A DNA stretch of 64,000 bases, from assembly GCA_951406725.2 (NCBI GenBank), contig OX597814.1:42594001-42658000 (forward strand). Direction: 5' to 3'. The notes under the pieces were generated by a model. That model saw only the letters and a list, made by a program, of their open reading frames with translations, had not been told where the DNA came from and did no database searches. The position numbers and the translations under genes are program-made. Position 1 is the stretch's first letter; each line of letters opens with the position of its first letter. This document shows positions 26,523 through 45,830 of this stretch, piece by piece. Source of the stretch: Octopus vulgaris. Taxonomy: Eukaryota.

Positions 26523-26929
26523 GATTCATTCATACATACATAGACATACACACAAATGTTTAGTATAATTCATAGATATTCAGTGAATAGTGCGGCTTTC
26601 TTTATAAGCCTATCTTACGGACTCGTCTATAAGTCCTGTCCATATAATCACAGAAAATCTAGAAAATCTTAGCGATAAAGTTGTTCTCTGAGAAATATAT
26701 AAGATTATAAATCCAAAAGAAAGGAGAATATAGATTCATTGAATCGCGTGATATTCGGAGCATAAAAACCTTTCGGAACCGTCTTTTATGCCAGAGAATT
26801 ACGCATACATGTGTGTATTAATATGTGCGCTCAGCATTATAAAATACAATTGCATATTCACGAATAAATGCAAATCGGAAAAACAGATCACAAAAACACC
26901 ATGGCTGAGTAGCTGTGTGGTTAGTAGCC

Positions 26930-27258
26930 AGGCATAGGAGTGGCTCTGTTGTAATCAGCTTGCTCACGAACCATATGGTTCCGGGTTCAGTCCCATTGCG
27001 TGGCACCTTGGGGAAGTGTCTTCTACTATAGCCTCGGGTCTACCAAAGATTCAAAGAAGCCCGTCGTATATATGTATATATATATAACCGATAGTGGTGT
27101 GTTTACGTCCCTGTAAGTTAGCGGTTCAGCAAAGGAGAACGATAGAATAAGTACTAGGCTTACAAAGAATAAGTCCTGGTGCTGATTTGCTCGACTAAAG
27201 GCGGTGCTCCACCATGGCCACAGTCAAATGACTGAAGCAAGTAAAAGAGTAAAAGAGT
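26930..27258 (+). mobile_element. tRNA-derived SINE family 2 (CORE-like centre)
   Basis: B-box-like GGTTCAGTCCC, GCACCTTGGGGAAGTGTCTT centre, internal (TA)n, tail ending in (GTAAAAGA)2. Confidence 0.85.
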
Positions 27259-27317
27259 TTCACTCCTATATAAGAAGTAGAGCATTCTATATTTTTTGCT
27301 GGTGACGGACGGTTTAT

Positions 27318-27378
27318 GGGTTTACCCTGGGTTTCTCGTCCAGAAAGGGTTTAACTTTATGGCGTATCGTCAGACTCC
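27318..27378 (-). ncRNA. Type I hammerhead-like motif with intact core
   Basis: GGAGU-CUGACGA-UACGCCA...UGGACGA-GAAA-CCCAGGG-UA-AACCC. Stems I and II are imperfect. Confidence 0.6.
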
Positions 27379-28180
27379 AAGACCAGTTGACCTATAGCCT
27401 CTTTGAAATATGGAGTGGTAAAATCTGGATTATCGCCGTTTGACAATGGCTATCGACTTCCGGCCTTACTGCGAGCGTTCAGCTTTGAGGGCAAACGATA
27501 GGGAAATATCTTCTTCTCCCATTAACTATCAACTTCCGGTGGTTCCAAAAAGGCCAGCAGAAATCTCCTAAAATGCAAACATGGCCCGAAAATCTCCGTT
27601 CTGGAGTTAAGTATAGCGCTGTCACAAGTGAGTCTCTTAATTTTGTCTTGCGTTCGGCTAAGCATAGTTTGCAGAGTTTCGTTGCGTTAACGTAGGGACC
27701 TGGGTTTTCGAGGATTTTCCATGAGATCGAGTGTCGCCATTTTGTTGTCAAACGCGGCTGGCCAGCGATGTTGAATATCTCCTTTCCTGGACTCTAAAGG
27801 AGGATGAATCGCTGGAGAAATATTTCTTGAAATTTCCGGTAGAAACAGTACATTTCCATGGACGCGCGATGTTGTTGTTTCCACTGTTGGTGCTGTTGTT
27901 GCCGCAGCTGTCAATATAATTGTAGCTGCTGTTGTCGTTGCTGCTGTTGTCGTTGCTGCTGTTGATGCTGCTGCTGATGATGCTGTTGATGCTGCTGTTT
28001 TTGAAGCTGTTGCCGTCGTTGCTGTCACCGATAATGTTGTTGCTGCTGTTAATGCTGATGATGTTGCTGAGGCTGATTATGCTGCTAATGATGATGTTGG
28101 ACCTGGGCTGCTGGTGTTGGCGCCGGGTCTGCTGGTGGTGGTCGTGTTGGTGGTGGTGCCATCGGAGGTGGTGGTTGCAT

Positions 28181-28410
28181 CGGCGAGCTGGCAGAAATAT
28201 TAGCACGCCGGGCGAAATGCGTAACCGTATTTCGTCTGCCGTTACGTTCTCAGTTCAAATTCCACCGAGGTCGACTTTGCCTTTCATCATTTCGGGGTTG
28301 ATAAATTAAATACCAGTTACGCACTGGGCTCGATATAATCGACTTAATACCTATGTCTGTCCTTGTTTGTCCCCTCTATGTTTAGCCTCTTGTGAGTAAT
28401 AAAGAAATAC
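28181..28410 (+). mobile_element. tRNA-derived SINE family 1
   Basis: A box TGGCAGAAATA, B box GTTCAAATTCC, same body as 23366-23602. Confidence 0.9.
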
Positions 28411-28759
28411 GTGTGTTGCCGGTAAAGCACCTGTTTATATTGTTACTAATGCTACCGTGTCGCCGATGTCATTGCAGATGTTGTTGCTGTCATTGTTGTT
28501 GCTGCTGTCGTCGTCAACGGAGCTGTTGATGCAGCCGGGGCTGTTGATTTTGGCGAAGGTGATGGTGGTGCATTGGTAATACCGTCACCTTTCTGGTTAT
28601 GGGGGCGCTGCTGCTGCAGCCAGAAGTGGCACCCGTCGAGCTTATTCTAGTACCTCGCTAGGGCCGCTAGGGCCGCTGCTGCTGCTGGTGTTGGTACCGA
28701 TATAGTCGCTGTCTGTACTGGATCTGTTACTACCGCTACAATCCGTCCTGCCATATGGT

Positions 28760-29832
28760 CGTTGGCAGGTCTGTTTACACTCACAGCTAAACGATGACAG
28801 TATGGCCGGAAGTAATATTTCTACTCTCTTAGGTAAGGCAACAAGAAAAAAATTGCCATTTCTGTACCATTGCCTCACTTTGATGCCACAATTCTCCCAG
28901 GAGGACGAACAGCTTTTTCTGCTTTTGAATTACCACTAAACCTGGTCAGAAAGGACAGTCCAATTTGTAACACAAGTAAAGATTCAGGTTCAGCAGAAGT
29001 GTTGCATCAATGCCACCCTATAATTTGGGATGAATGTACCATGTTAAAAAAAGGTGCAATGGAAGCTCTTAATAAGCCATTACAAGATATCAGATGCAAC
29101 CATAAATCTATGGGAGGTGTTACATTAGTTTTATCAGAAGACCTCAGACTGGCATTACCAGTCTTTCTGAGACGAACAAGATCTGATGAAATAAAAACTT
29201 GCATTAAGGCGTCAAACCTATGGAAGAAAGTACTGAAATTCTCCTTCAGTTTTAATATGCGATGGAAATAGTGATATCAGTTTGGCTCATACTGCTATCA
29301 TGGTGAATTCCCCGGCTGAATTGAAGAACGGTATTTCCAGAGTAAAGTAATAATTATAATTTACATAAATGTTAGTGTGACAGGACAATTCTTGCTCCAA
29401 AAAATGGGAAAGAAGCAAGGATTAGCCATGAATAAATTAATAAGATTCCAACAGTAATTAAGATGTACAAACCAGCTGATTCCGACCTTGATGAAAATCA
29501 AGCTGTCCATTACCCAACATAGCTCTTTACTTCTCTTGAGCCACCTGGAACTCCTCCAAATAAACTTTTCTGGAGGTAGGAATCTCAATAATGCTTCTCA
29601 GAAATTTAGATACTCCTAAATTATGAAATGGGACAAGGTTGATTGTGAAGATATTAGCACCTAATGTGACAGCAGCAATCATCATCAACGGATGAGCCTC
29701 TGCGGAAGAGGCTTTCACTCCAAGGATTCCAGTCAAACCAACAGACATACCATTTGGGTTCAAATAAGCACAATTCTCAGTCTGACTTTAATTTGCAATA
29801 TCTATAATGAAGCTCAAGATCAGTCTTTGAAA
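28760..29832 (+). pseudogene. Helitron RepHel PIF1-like helicase remnant
   Basis: LPGGRTAFSAFELPL, IIWDECTM, EALNKPLQDIR, MGGVTLVLSEDLRLALPV, NMR, MLLRNLDTPKL*NGTRLIV, PRIPVKPTDIPFGFK and AQDQSL. Multiple stops. Confidence 0.9.
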
Positions 29833-30612
29833 CCTCATGGCTTGCTCTCCTCACACACCCACTCACACACTCACACACATACATAGAAAAAGATGTATGC
29901 CCATGTATTTATGTATGTACGTATGCATGACAACATATCCCTTCACTCGCACGCGTAGTGACACCCACACACATACATAGATCTATGCAAACGCACATAC
30001 AGCAATACGCGTGTGCATGTGTGATGGTCTACAAATAAGTAGAGCTGGACACGGCGTGACAAAAGAAAATGAATAAAAAGATATTTAGGGAAATTAACGA
30101 AGTGTGCGAGTTCAGAAGGAAATCAAACCTGGATTGGCCGTGTGTGTGTGTCTGAGAGAGACAGACAGTCCGACAGAAAGAGAGACAGAGAGAGAACATT
30201 GCAAACAATGAATAAATCATATAAATAGAATTATGTTAAGACCTATTTTGTTCCGAAAATTTAAATTTGTGAACTTCGTAAATATTTCTTTCAGCAATTT
30301 ATCGTAGTTGTTTACAAATAGTGAACGTTAAAACAGAGAATGAGAAACTTCACTGTTTTTTTACGTCAATAGCAGAAGTTGACATAGAGAAACGTTTTCA
30401 AAGAAGTGAATCATAAATAATAAGCAATATTTTTCTTATTTAAAAAAAAGAAAATCAAATAAAGATTCTATTATATGTCCGAGTTCAAATTATTCATGGA
30501 TCACAAGTATGGAAGTAATTGGTGAAGTTGTTTTCACGTAAAAAGCGACTACACTCACATCTCTATTTCATCTACATATATATATGTGTATACATACATA
30601 CCTATAAATATA

Positions 30613-30654
<42 letters not shown>

Positions 30655-30690
30655 TATGTATGTATACATATATACCTATATATATATATG

Positions 30691-30768
<78 letters not shown>

Positions 30769-31211
30769 AACATACATATATATATAAATATACACCTGCT
30801 TTTTGATTATACACCTGTCTTCGTCTATTGTTTTTCTGCAAATTACAACTATGTATTTGTGAGTGTGTGTGTGTATGTAGATAGGTAGGTATGTCTGTAT
30901 ATGCATGTCAGTAGTTTTAATGCGTGCGTATGATTATGCAAGCAGTGCATAAGTATATAAAGATGCAATTAATCATTAAGGCAATTTTTCATTTTAAATC
31001 ATAAAAATAATAGGGTCATATTGAAAACAACAAGGAACACAAAACTACTGTTATATCCGTTCCTACCACTTTTACAATACGTAGCAATACGTGTGTATAA
31101 TCTGACGTTGAGTACATTATATATTCTTATTTTATAGTGTAAAATTTCAAACATTTATGACACACTACCCTATTTATATTATAAATAGAACCCAATACAG
31201 GATATTCTATA

Positions 31212-31293
<82 letters not shown>

Positions 31294-31414
31294 CTGTTTA
31301 AAGCAAGAATTAGGTTCTTTCGCCATTCAGAAATCCCATTACCACCTGCAGCACATATTACCCACACCCTTCGGATTGAAATGTAATAAATACTGAGAAA
31401 AGAGGACCATGCCA

Positions 31415-32135
31415 ACAACAACGACGATGTTTGTACTTAATATATCATAAAATTTAAACTGCTTATCTTAATTTTGGTAAAAAACCGGTAAAGAAATCTC
31501 AAATAATTCGTCATTTATGTTTACTTTCAAGCTTAATTGCTTTTGAGGTATAAGTAATTTGTGACCATAAGGATTCTAATGAAGCAATTTCCTTTTATGT
31601 ATACAACAAATAACAATAGAAATACGATATATCGTGCTACAAATAATTTACGAAAAGGTTGTCTACATTAATAGAAACAAGCATTTAATTATTCTTGAGA
31701 AACATTGACTGCATTTAAACACATTCGAAATTACAGAGCACAAATTGCCCGCACCTACTGGACAAACATGTAGTAAATACTAAGAAACGATTACTTACCA
31801 ACAACACTAATATATGTATTTAATATATCATAGATGTTAAACCATTCTTTTTAATTTTGGTAACAAACCGACAAAAAGAAATTACAAATAATTCGTTATT
31901 TAAGTTTACTTTCAAAACTTATATGCTTTTGAGGCATAATTATTTTGTGGTCATGTGGTGAAATGATTCTAATGAAGTAATTCCCTTTTATGTATATAAC
32001 AAATAGCAAAAGAAAAAACAATACATCATACCACGAAACATTTATGAAAAATTTATCTACATTAATAGAAACATAGATGAAATTACTCTGAAAAGCATTG
32101 CCTACCTTTATAGACATTCGAAATGACAGAGCACA
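31415..32135. repeat. Old local tandem duplication, period ~383 bp
   Basis: 31468-31742 aligns with 31851-32134 with many substitutions and indels. Confidence 0.8.
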
Positions 32136-32342
32136 TACATACGTTTAGTTCGAGTGCACACAGTATAACAGACAACTTCTCGCACGCTGGGACTCACAGA
32201 CAATCTAACAGATATTGACATGTGCACACAAACATATACAAACACATAAGTACACGCATCTTTCATGTGTATTTCTAAAAGTGCGTGTTTACAAATTGAA
32301 GAACAGGAAACCGATATATCCTCATGAGTATATATAATAACA

Positions 32343-32488
32343 ACATTCACTAGTACAACACAAAAAAAAACAAATATATGGCACACTAGTCATAACAACA
32401 ACGTGAACTTCCAACCTGCTGTCTCTTGAGGTCTCTGGGTGAGACTTGGAGCCAACTTGTACAGACATAAAGCAAAAGTCAAACATAG
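32343..32488 (+). mobile_element. RLE retrotransposon family B, 3' UTR only, followed by (TAA)n
   Basis: Near-identical to 38303-38447. Confidence 0.85.
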
Positions 32489-32518
32489 AATAATAATAAT
32501 AATAATAATGATAATAAT

Positions 32519-33387
<869 letters not shown>

Positions 33388-33813
33388 CAGCTATGTTGAT
33401 GCAAACAGGAAATGTAGAACTAGAAATATGAGTATATGTATATTATTTATTAATATTTATTAGATGTAACAGAGTGACTAATGGTCTAAGGGTTTAATGC
33501 ATTGACAGTTATTAAACTATTCCTAGATTGAAATATATCACTTATTAACAATTATATAAACTTACAGGTCTTCAACCTGTCACCAGTTATATATGTGCCA
33601 AGACAAATATTCAAAGATTCAAATAAAGGTTATAAACATCATTAAGGGATAATAAAATCCAATGAAAATACTGGTTAGCTACCAATACATAGCAAGTTAA
33701 ACTATGAGGTGACTATATAAACCATGTTTTATATATTTATATATTTAAAGAATAAGGAGAAAACGGAGAGGTAATTAATAAAACATTATTTATTAATTAT
33801 AAAATATGACAAT

Positions 33814-33910
33814 ATATCTGACAGGTGTTTCGATTCAGTAATCTTTAGATAATTCATTTAAAAAATTAAAACCATTATAAGAGGAATCTCTTCAGCGGTA
33901 GTAAAGATAT
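33814..33910 (-). ncRNA. Hammerhead-like motif with intact core
   Basis: Minus strand CUGAAGA-GAUUC...GAAUC-GAAA-CACCUG-UC-AGAUAU. The complementary AUAUCU lies 9 nt upstream of the core. Confidence 0.55.
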
Positions 33911-34305
33911 ACCGATTAGAATTATATGTTGAGATAACAGATGCAAACCGTTAACTGATAGCAAATATACAAAAAGTTCTGGTTATAGAAGATATCAATC
34001 CAACAGAGTTGGAGACGGTAGTGTATATTTTAATCTTAAAGTAAGAAGAGAAGAGATTAATATAATATCATAGGGTATTTTAGAAGGAAAAAAAGAAAAC
34101 AAGACAGAAACAAGAAAAACGCAGATATATATACATATATATATAAAAGTAATAATGCCATATAATATCATATCATACTTCTATATAATACTGCAACATA
34201 AAAAAGTTTCAAAATTATAAAATTGAAATTAAGTAGAAACAAACCGTGGCAATTATATATTAACCGAAGCTATGAGAAAGCAATAAATAATTTCTAAATA
34301 TGATG

Positions 34306-38117
<3,812 letters not shown>

Positions 38118-38119
38118 TA

Positions 38120-38445
38120 GTGTCGTCATAGGTGCCCTGGGAATGATAGCGAAAGGGACTGATTGCTACCTAACTCAGATACTCGGAAACCGCAAAATGG
38201 CAGAAATTCAAAAGATAGTGCTCATGTGAACTGCTCATATCCTACGCAAAATACTCTCTATATAATCCGAAGGTTTAAAACAAACATTTTTTAATGTTTT
38301 AGACATTCACTAGTACAACACCAAAAAACCCCAAATATATGGCTCACTAGGCATAACAACAACGTGAACTTCCAACCTGTTGTCTCTTGAGGTATCTGGG
38401 TGAGACTTGGAGCCAACTTGTACAGACATAAAGCAAAAGTCAAAC

Positions 38446-38447
<2 letters not shown>
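38120..38447 (+). mobile_element. RLE retrotransposon family B 3' end
   Basis: VVIGALGMIAKGTDCYLTQILGNRKMAEIQKIVLM*TAHILRKILSI* plus 3' UTR, then (TAA)n. Confidence 0.9.
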
Positions 38448-38518
<71 letters not shown>

Positions 38519-38520
<2 letters not shown>

Positions 38521-39845
38521 CTTTTGGAAAAGGATTTGGAGTGACAAAAAGACGTACAACATAAATGCAGACTGGATTATACAAACTGAAGTATCCTACC
38601 AAAATTTACAACAACAAGCATGGGAAGACATCACAATAGCAGACCTAAGAAAGGCACTCACGAAGGCCCATAATTGGAAATCCCCCGGTAAAGATAGGGT
38701 GCCGAATTTCTAGCTCGCATCGCTCCCATGCGCACACGGTAAGCTAGTTCAGCTGCTCAATGGAATTATGAGAGACCCAAAGAAAACACCTGAATGGTTA
38801 GCAAGTGGCATTACTTACTTACTCCCAAAGGATAACGAAACCAACCTTCCAAAAAACTATTGGCCTATAACCTGTCTATCCACCACGTATAAAATCCTAA
38901 CATCTATCCTGGCGGAGAAAACATATGCATTCATGGAGAAGAACGATATTTTCCCCATTGAACAAAAAGGGTGCCGCCGAGGCTCTTACGGATGCAAAGA
39001 TCAACTGCTAATCAATCGTATGATCCTTGAGAACTGTCACAACAAGCGCAGAAATCTCAGCACCGCATGGATTGACTATAAAAAGGCCTTCGACAGTATA
39101 CCGCATCCATGGATCTTGAGATCGCTGGACATCTTCAAAATTTCCCCTGTGATTTCAAACTTCCTGAAGCACTATATGTCGTTGTGGAATACGAATCTCC
39201 AATTATACCACTCCAATGGAGTACTTGCCTCAGAAAATATAAACATCAACTGTGGAATTTTTCAAGGTGACTCAGTTTCACCTTTAATATTCTGCATAGC
39301 CCTAATACCCCTTACAAGTGAATTAAACAGAACAGGGTATGGGTATAAAATTTCCAATAAAAAAAAAAAATAAGCCATCTATTTTATATGGATGACTTAA
39401 AACTTTATGGTAAAGATAATAAGGAACTTGAAGGCCTATTGCGCACCGTGAAAGCATTCAGCGATGACTTCGGGATGGAGTTTGGACTTGAGAAGTGTGC
39501 CAAGGCCACTTTCCAGAAAGGGAAAGTGAAGACCACAAATTCAGTCGTGTTAGATGTTGACACAGTCATAAGAGAGCTTGAGCAAGAACAAACATACAAA
39601 TATTTAGGGATAAATGAAGGCTCTGGTATTCAGCATGCAAGCATGAAAGAGAAGATCAGGATGGAATGTTATAGGAGAGTTCGTGCAGTCCTGAAATCTG
39701 AACTAAATGCACGTAACAAGCTGTTAGCTATAAATTCCTTAGCAGTTCCAGTTGTTACTTATACCTACAATGTGTTGAACTGGAATATGAGTGAAGTAAA
39801 GAATATAGATAGCAAATTTGAAATAAGAAGAAGAAAAAAAAAAAT
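38519..39845 (+). mobile_element. RLE retrotransposon family D: RT region joined directly to the terminal tail
   Basis: FWKRIW, NWKSPGKD, NYWPITCL, WIDYKKAFDS, GIFQGDSVSPL, YMDD and YKYLG, with stops and frameshifts. At 39811 it jumps to agcaaatttgaaa...A-rich, the same end as 40628-40657. Confidence 0.9.
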
Positions 39846-39860
39846 AATAATAATAACAAT

Positions 39861-40655
39861 AACCCGGAACTACCAGGCCAATGTGATGAAAAATGGAGAC
39901 AGACCCAAAATGCCGATTCTGCAACGACATGATTGAAACAGTGGACCACCTAATCTCTGGATGTAAAGTCCTAGCACCAGTGGAGTATAAATTAAGACAT
40001 GACAGAGTTGGCCAATATCTACACTGGCTAATAAGTCGGCATTACAATATCAAAACTGCCGACAAGTGGTATAATCACCACCCTGAGGCTGTAACTGAAG
40101 GAGAAAATGTAACCATTCTGTGGGACTTTCCAGTACATACAGACCGAACCATCAAGGCCAATAAACCAGATATTGTTGTGAAAGACCAAAACAATAAAGT
40201 TTGCTTATTGATCGACATGAGCATCCCCTCTGATCATAATATCTCAGCGAAAGAGTTTGACAAGCTCAGAAAATATAAAGACCTACTCATTGAAATTGAG
40301 AAAATGTGGCATCTCAAGGCGGTTACAATACCAGTTATCGTAGGAGCACTAGGAATGATCAAGAAGGGAGCCGAAAATTATATGAGAATGATCCCTGGCT
40401 TACCATCCCTGCAAGAAGTGCAAAAGATTGTCTTAACTGGTACATCACACGTATTGAGAAGAGCATTGTCGATGTGAGAACTGTTGCTGCTCATGTATTT
40501 TAATTTAACTTAAAAAAAAAAATAATAATAAAATGAACGAACTATTGAGTTTGGTTTAATGGCCTACCAATGTATACTATGAGTTTCTTTGCCCTAGGAG
40601 TCGGGAAGACACTCGGCAAGAAATGGAAGCAAATTTGAAAGAAGAAGAAAAAAAA

Positions 40656-40657
<2 letters not shown>
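39861..40657 (+). mobile_element. 5'-truncated family D copy (CCHC + RLE + 3' UTR)
   Basis: CRFCNDMIETVDHLISGC, RHD and KPDIVV...IDMSIP...KFDKLRKY-like nuclease region; stop at 40477. Confidence 0.93.
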
Positions 40658-40693
<36 letters not shown>

Positions 40694-40694
40694 T

Positions 40695-41649
<955 letters not shown>

Positions 41650-42472
41650 TTGCTGCTTTGGTTTATAATAATAATGAAATAAAATTTAATGTAATATTTA
41701 ATGTAAATAAGTAAATAGAAAGTCTAGAATAAGATGGAAACTTAAAATATCAGAATAAACGATATATCCTTACACACCTTAAGAAACTTTATTTCAGTCC
41801 TGTATGGAAAACAAACAATAATAATAAACTGCTGGATAAAAAAAAAAATTAATTCAGACATACAGTGTACCTTAATAAAGAAAGCGGAAGTAAATGTGTT
41901 ATTAGACAATTATAAGTGGATAAAATATCTTTCTTTTTTAAGAGAATAAATATTACGTAAGAGGAATTACATATAAAAATAAACTGAAAACAAAATAAAT
42001 GAATTTGAATTACGTTTATAACCGGGATGTAGGGAAATATATATATCAAGACAGCAAAGCCGGAACAGTTTTAAAACAGGGGACGTATGTGAAAATGTAA
42101 TCGGATCTAATGATAATATATTTGTGTATTTAAGCGGTGAATTATGAATCAGCTCAATATGTTATTAGAGTGGCACATTGTGGTACTAAATAAAATATAA
42201 TATAATATAATACAAAATAAAATATGAATAGATAAAAAAACAATCGAGGATAAATGAAGAAGTTAATGATAAAACAGGATTAAGAGAGAGGTTCGCCTAC
42301 GTGTGTACGAGGAATGTAAAGCATATAATAAGGGGAAGTAAATGAATAAGTATAAACCTAACTACATAGACAGATAACATTTTCTTTGTCTATCTACTTA
42401 TCCTGTGTGTGATTTTGCATTAAAAAATTTATACAAATGAATCCTTCGAATTTAACTAAATTCTATTTTTTT

Positions 42473-42561
42473 ATGCAGCTGAAGATTGCTCTACATTTTA
42501 AATTGATGCAATGTTTGCATTGTTCAATTAAATGGAGTCGCATGAAATGATTGTATTGTAT
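42473..42561 (+). ncRNA. Type I hammerhead-like motif with long stem II
   Basis: AUGCAG-CUGAAGA-uUGC...GCAu-GAAA-UGAUUG-UA-UUGUAU. 6-bp stem I with wobbles; stem II contains CAUUU/AAAUG, AAUUGA/UCAAUU and CAAUG/CAUUG. Confidence 0.65.
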
Positions 42562-42639
42562 TACCGCTGGATATCCTTGCTGCTTATTTTGAATATATAT
42601 ATATATATATATATATCTTATTATAATATATATATATAT

Positions 42640-42933
42640 CACGTGATCACGTGACCGACCAGGCTATCAGATGTTGTTACACATCGCTGGTCACAATGCG
42701 CTTCGCATTATTTTAGCTTTCAAATGACGCCACCCCGCTGGCTAAGCGAGAAGACCAACAGAAGAAAGAGTGAAAGAACGTTGTGGCGAAAGAGTACTGC
42801 ATGGATCGCCCCCCCTGCCGGAGCTCTTGGTGTTTTCGTTCAATAGACACACACAACACCGGGTCTGGGAATCGAAACCGCGATCCTGCGACTGCGAATC
42901 CGCTGCCCTAACCACTGGGCCATTGCGCCTCCA
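42640..42933 (-). mobile_element. tRNA-derived SINE family 3
   Basis: Minus-strand head GGCGCAATGGCCCAGTGGTTAGGGCAGCGG...GGTTTCGATTCCC (A and B boxes). Tail ends in CACGTGAT repeats. Flanked by microsatellites. Confidence 0.85.
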
Positions 42934-42990
42934 CACACACACACATATATATATATGTGTGTGTGTGTGTGTGTACATATATACATATAT

Positions 42991-43031
<41 letters not shown>

Positions 43032-43449
43032 TATACATATATATATATGCCTTTGCGTGTGTATGTGTGAAATGAGAGGCGTCTTTGCTTATGTATATGT
43101 ACGTTGAGAGGGATGTAGGTAGGTAGAAATGCAAGAACGTCGGCTAGCTTGAATGAATTTTGGGGAAAATCTATTTTGCAGTTCATCGCAATTATTACAC
43201 GAACAATTATTTTAAACTACGTACAATTCGACTCCGATGATGATTTTTAGATGCACCTATTTTTATTCAAAAATAGCCCAGTTTAAAAGACAATTCTATA
43301 GGAATTATATTTTGGATCTGCTTTGTTTGAAAATGGCAAATATATTTATGGAGCGAAGTCACAACACAGATCAGATTTTCATCATAACATGCTCATTTAC
43401 CACCCCGAAACACTTCGAATAGCATTGTCACGAATACACTGAAATGTAA

Positions 43450-43562
<113 letters not shown>

Positions 43563-44916
43563 TGTGTGTGTTTGTGTGTGTGTGTGTGTGTATACATGTA
43601 TGAAAAAATAATGTAAGCATTTAATTTTGGGGAACGACTCCTGACATCAGATACCGTACAGACATGGATTCCCTGCAGCAGCTGCTGTCCACTTCTTTCT
43701 GTCTATAGGAGGTATCTTTCCCCGATTTTCACAGCTATTCACCTGCTTCGAATTTTCATACATTTCTAAAAAGTTAAAATACCAACTCATTCGACGTTTC
43801 AATATCTGTTTATGAAAAGGTCCTCGCATTCCACACACTGCAATTTAGCTCTATGAAAAACACCGTCTTGAACTGTCGTTTAGTACAATTGTGCATGCCA
43901 TTCTCCCAGATTTTGAGGGGTACAGTGTTCAACGCTCTGTAGTTGCTGCTACCCATTATATTTCCGTTTATATGTGTATTTTTACCCGATTTTCTAAATT
44001 ATTTTTGCAGTTATTCTTCTGCGTAGATTTCCTTCATTAATGGAAAAAAGAAAGTACTGTCTCGATTTTTCAACGTATCATTATAAAGATAGATATATAT
44101 ATATAAGTTTAAACGCACATGTATACAATCATACGTGCCTAGATGCATTTATATCTGTGTGTGTATTTATATATGTTCATAGGAGTCACCTTCAATGAAG
44201 TACATAAAAAGAAACAATTATATTAAAAAATAATCCGTGTACTTTTCTGCTCTATGGCAGTTTCGCAAGTATCTTTTACCAGACACTCTCTCTTTAGAAT
44301 TATTTTGAATGAAATAAGGTACTGTATGTGTTGGTCATGTCATTCCTTTATAAATAATTTTATTCGCCACATATGGTCCGCACTCCCGTTGAATTTGATC
44401 AATAGCTAATTCGAATATATCTTTCTTATTTAGAATCGCGTATCATATTTTATGCATACCTAAATAAGTACAATTTGATCTTTTAGCGATGGAGCGAGCG
44501 CATATTATGTGGATTATTAAAGTAATTATGTGTTAAACCTTGCCGACCGAAACCTGGTCCTATGTTGCTAGATAAGAAGTAATATCTAGAATAGATAGAT
44601 ATTACAACAATGTAACTGTTTCCAATAATGATGCCAGCAGCTTTATTGATATATTCTTAAGAATAAGATGTTGGCTGAAATGCATAAAATTCAGAAGATC
44701 TTGATAAGGAGCCAAACTTACTGGGAATAGATTTGTCAATTATAATTATGTAAGTTGACTGTAAATTGTAGTGCGTATATTGAACTGTATATGGTGATGC
44801 ACAGGAATGGACTACGACGTATTTTCATCTCCAGGAACTATACTGGTGAAGACATTTCGAGGTGTGTCAAATACACCGGGATATGCATAACTACAATATT
44901 GATATATATGTGTGTG

Positions 44917-44995
<79 letters not shown>

Positions 44996-45244
44996 TATAT
45001 ATATTTATATATATATATATATATGCGTGTACTTAAAGACCTATACCTTCACGGATGTACGAACGAACGTCCATACCCTTTGGTATAAAATGAGCTGTAA
45101 ACTTTATTCGCCCGTCATTTTACTTCTATCTACTGATTTATTCTTTATTCTCCTATCTACTACTTTACTCTTTATTCATCCATCTACTGTTTTAGGCTTT
45201 TATGTACTGTGAATTCTGTAGAAATTTTTCCTGCATACTCACCT

Positions 45245-45322
45245 TGTCTCCGATGACGGGATACCAGGTGTATGGAGATGCGGACCCATCACCTGAGATA
45301 TTATAGAAACAGCTGTAAGACA
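45245..45322 (+). ncRNA. Type I hammerhead-like motif
   Basis: UGUCU-CCGAUGA-...CAGGUG...CACCUG...-GAAA-CAGCUG-UA-AGACA. Perfect 5-bp stem I, palindromic stem III, U4C variant. Confidence 0.65.
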
Positions 45323-45689
45323 TTAATTAATTATCTTCAACTTACTCTAATTAAATACTTTAAATGACCGGTGTTATAAAGAGTTTAGTTAATCACAATT
45401 ATATATATAAGTGTTCATTGGCAGCAACTCGGATTAATTACTAGCTTATTAAATATGTAGAGATTTAACATTATAATTTACAATAAAGGTTATTTAAAAT
45501 TTCTTCGATTTGAACGTGTATATAAGAAGTTGATTCAATCCGGTGACCAGTTACAACTGCAGTTTGTACAAATTTTATAGATTTTTTCCTTACCCCATAG
45601 GGTAAGGAAAGTGGTCATTAATTTGTCTCCTTTCAATATTTTGCAAATATTAAGGCACCTAGCTCCAAAATTTCTAAGTACGCAGGGCA

Positions 45690-45830
45690 AATTCCTAGCG
45701 GCGTTTGTCCGTTTTCACGTTCTGATTTCATATAATCGGGGTGCTAAGTACAAAGTGTACCATCGGGTCGATGTAATCACTTCATTCACTTCCCCTAATT
45801 GCTGGCTTTGTGCAAAAATTTAAAATCAAT
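45690..45830 (+). mobile_element. Decayed SINE family 1 fragment
   Basis: gggtcgatgtaatc...aattgctggctttgtgcaaaaattt resembles 61500-61580. Confidence 0.55.

Larger units (their letters stand above)
27290..28740 (-). mobile_element. Penelope-like remnant: low-complexity linker, GIY-YIG C-terminal half, terminal repeat with hammerhead
   Basis: STGNFKK...SSFRVQERRYSTSLASRV and HSISWKILENPGPYVNATKLCKLCLAE. Upstream CAG/CAA-rich sequence is interrupted by a SINE. The upstream boundary is uncertain. Confidence 0.75.

Noticed and set aside
28870-29271. Functional host PIF1 helicase gene
   Set aside because: Intronless, with multiple stops and degenerate motifs; fits a dead Helitron.
42855-42933. 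tRNA gene
   Set aside because: It is a SINE head, with no proper acceptor stem or terminator. The same applies to 63687-63757.
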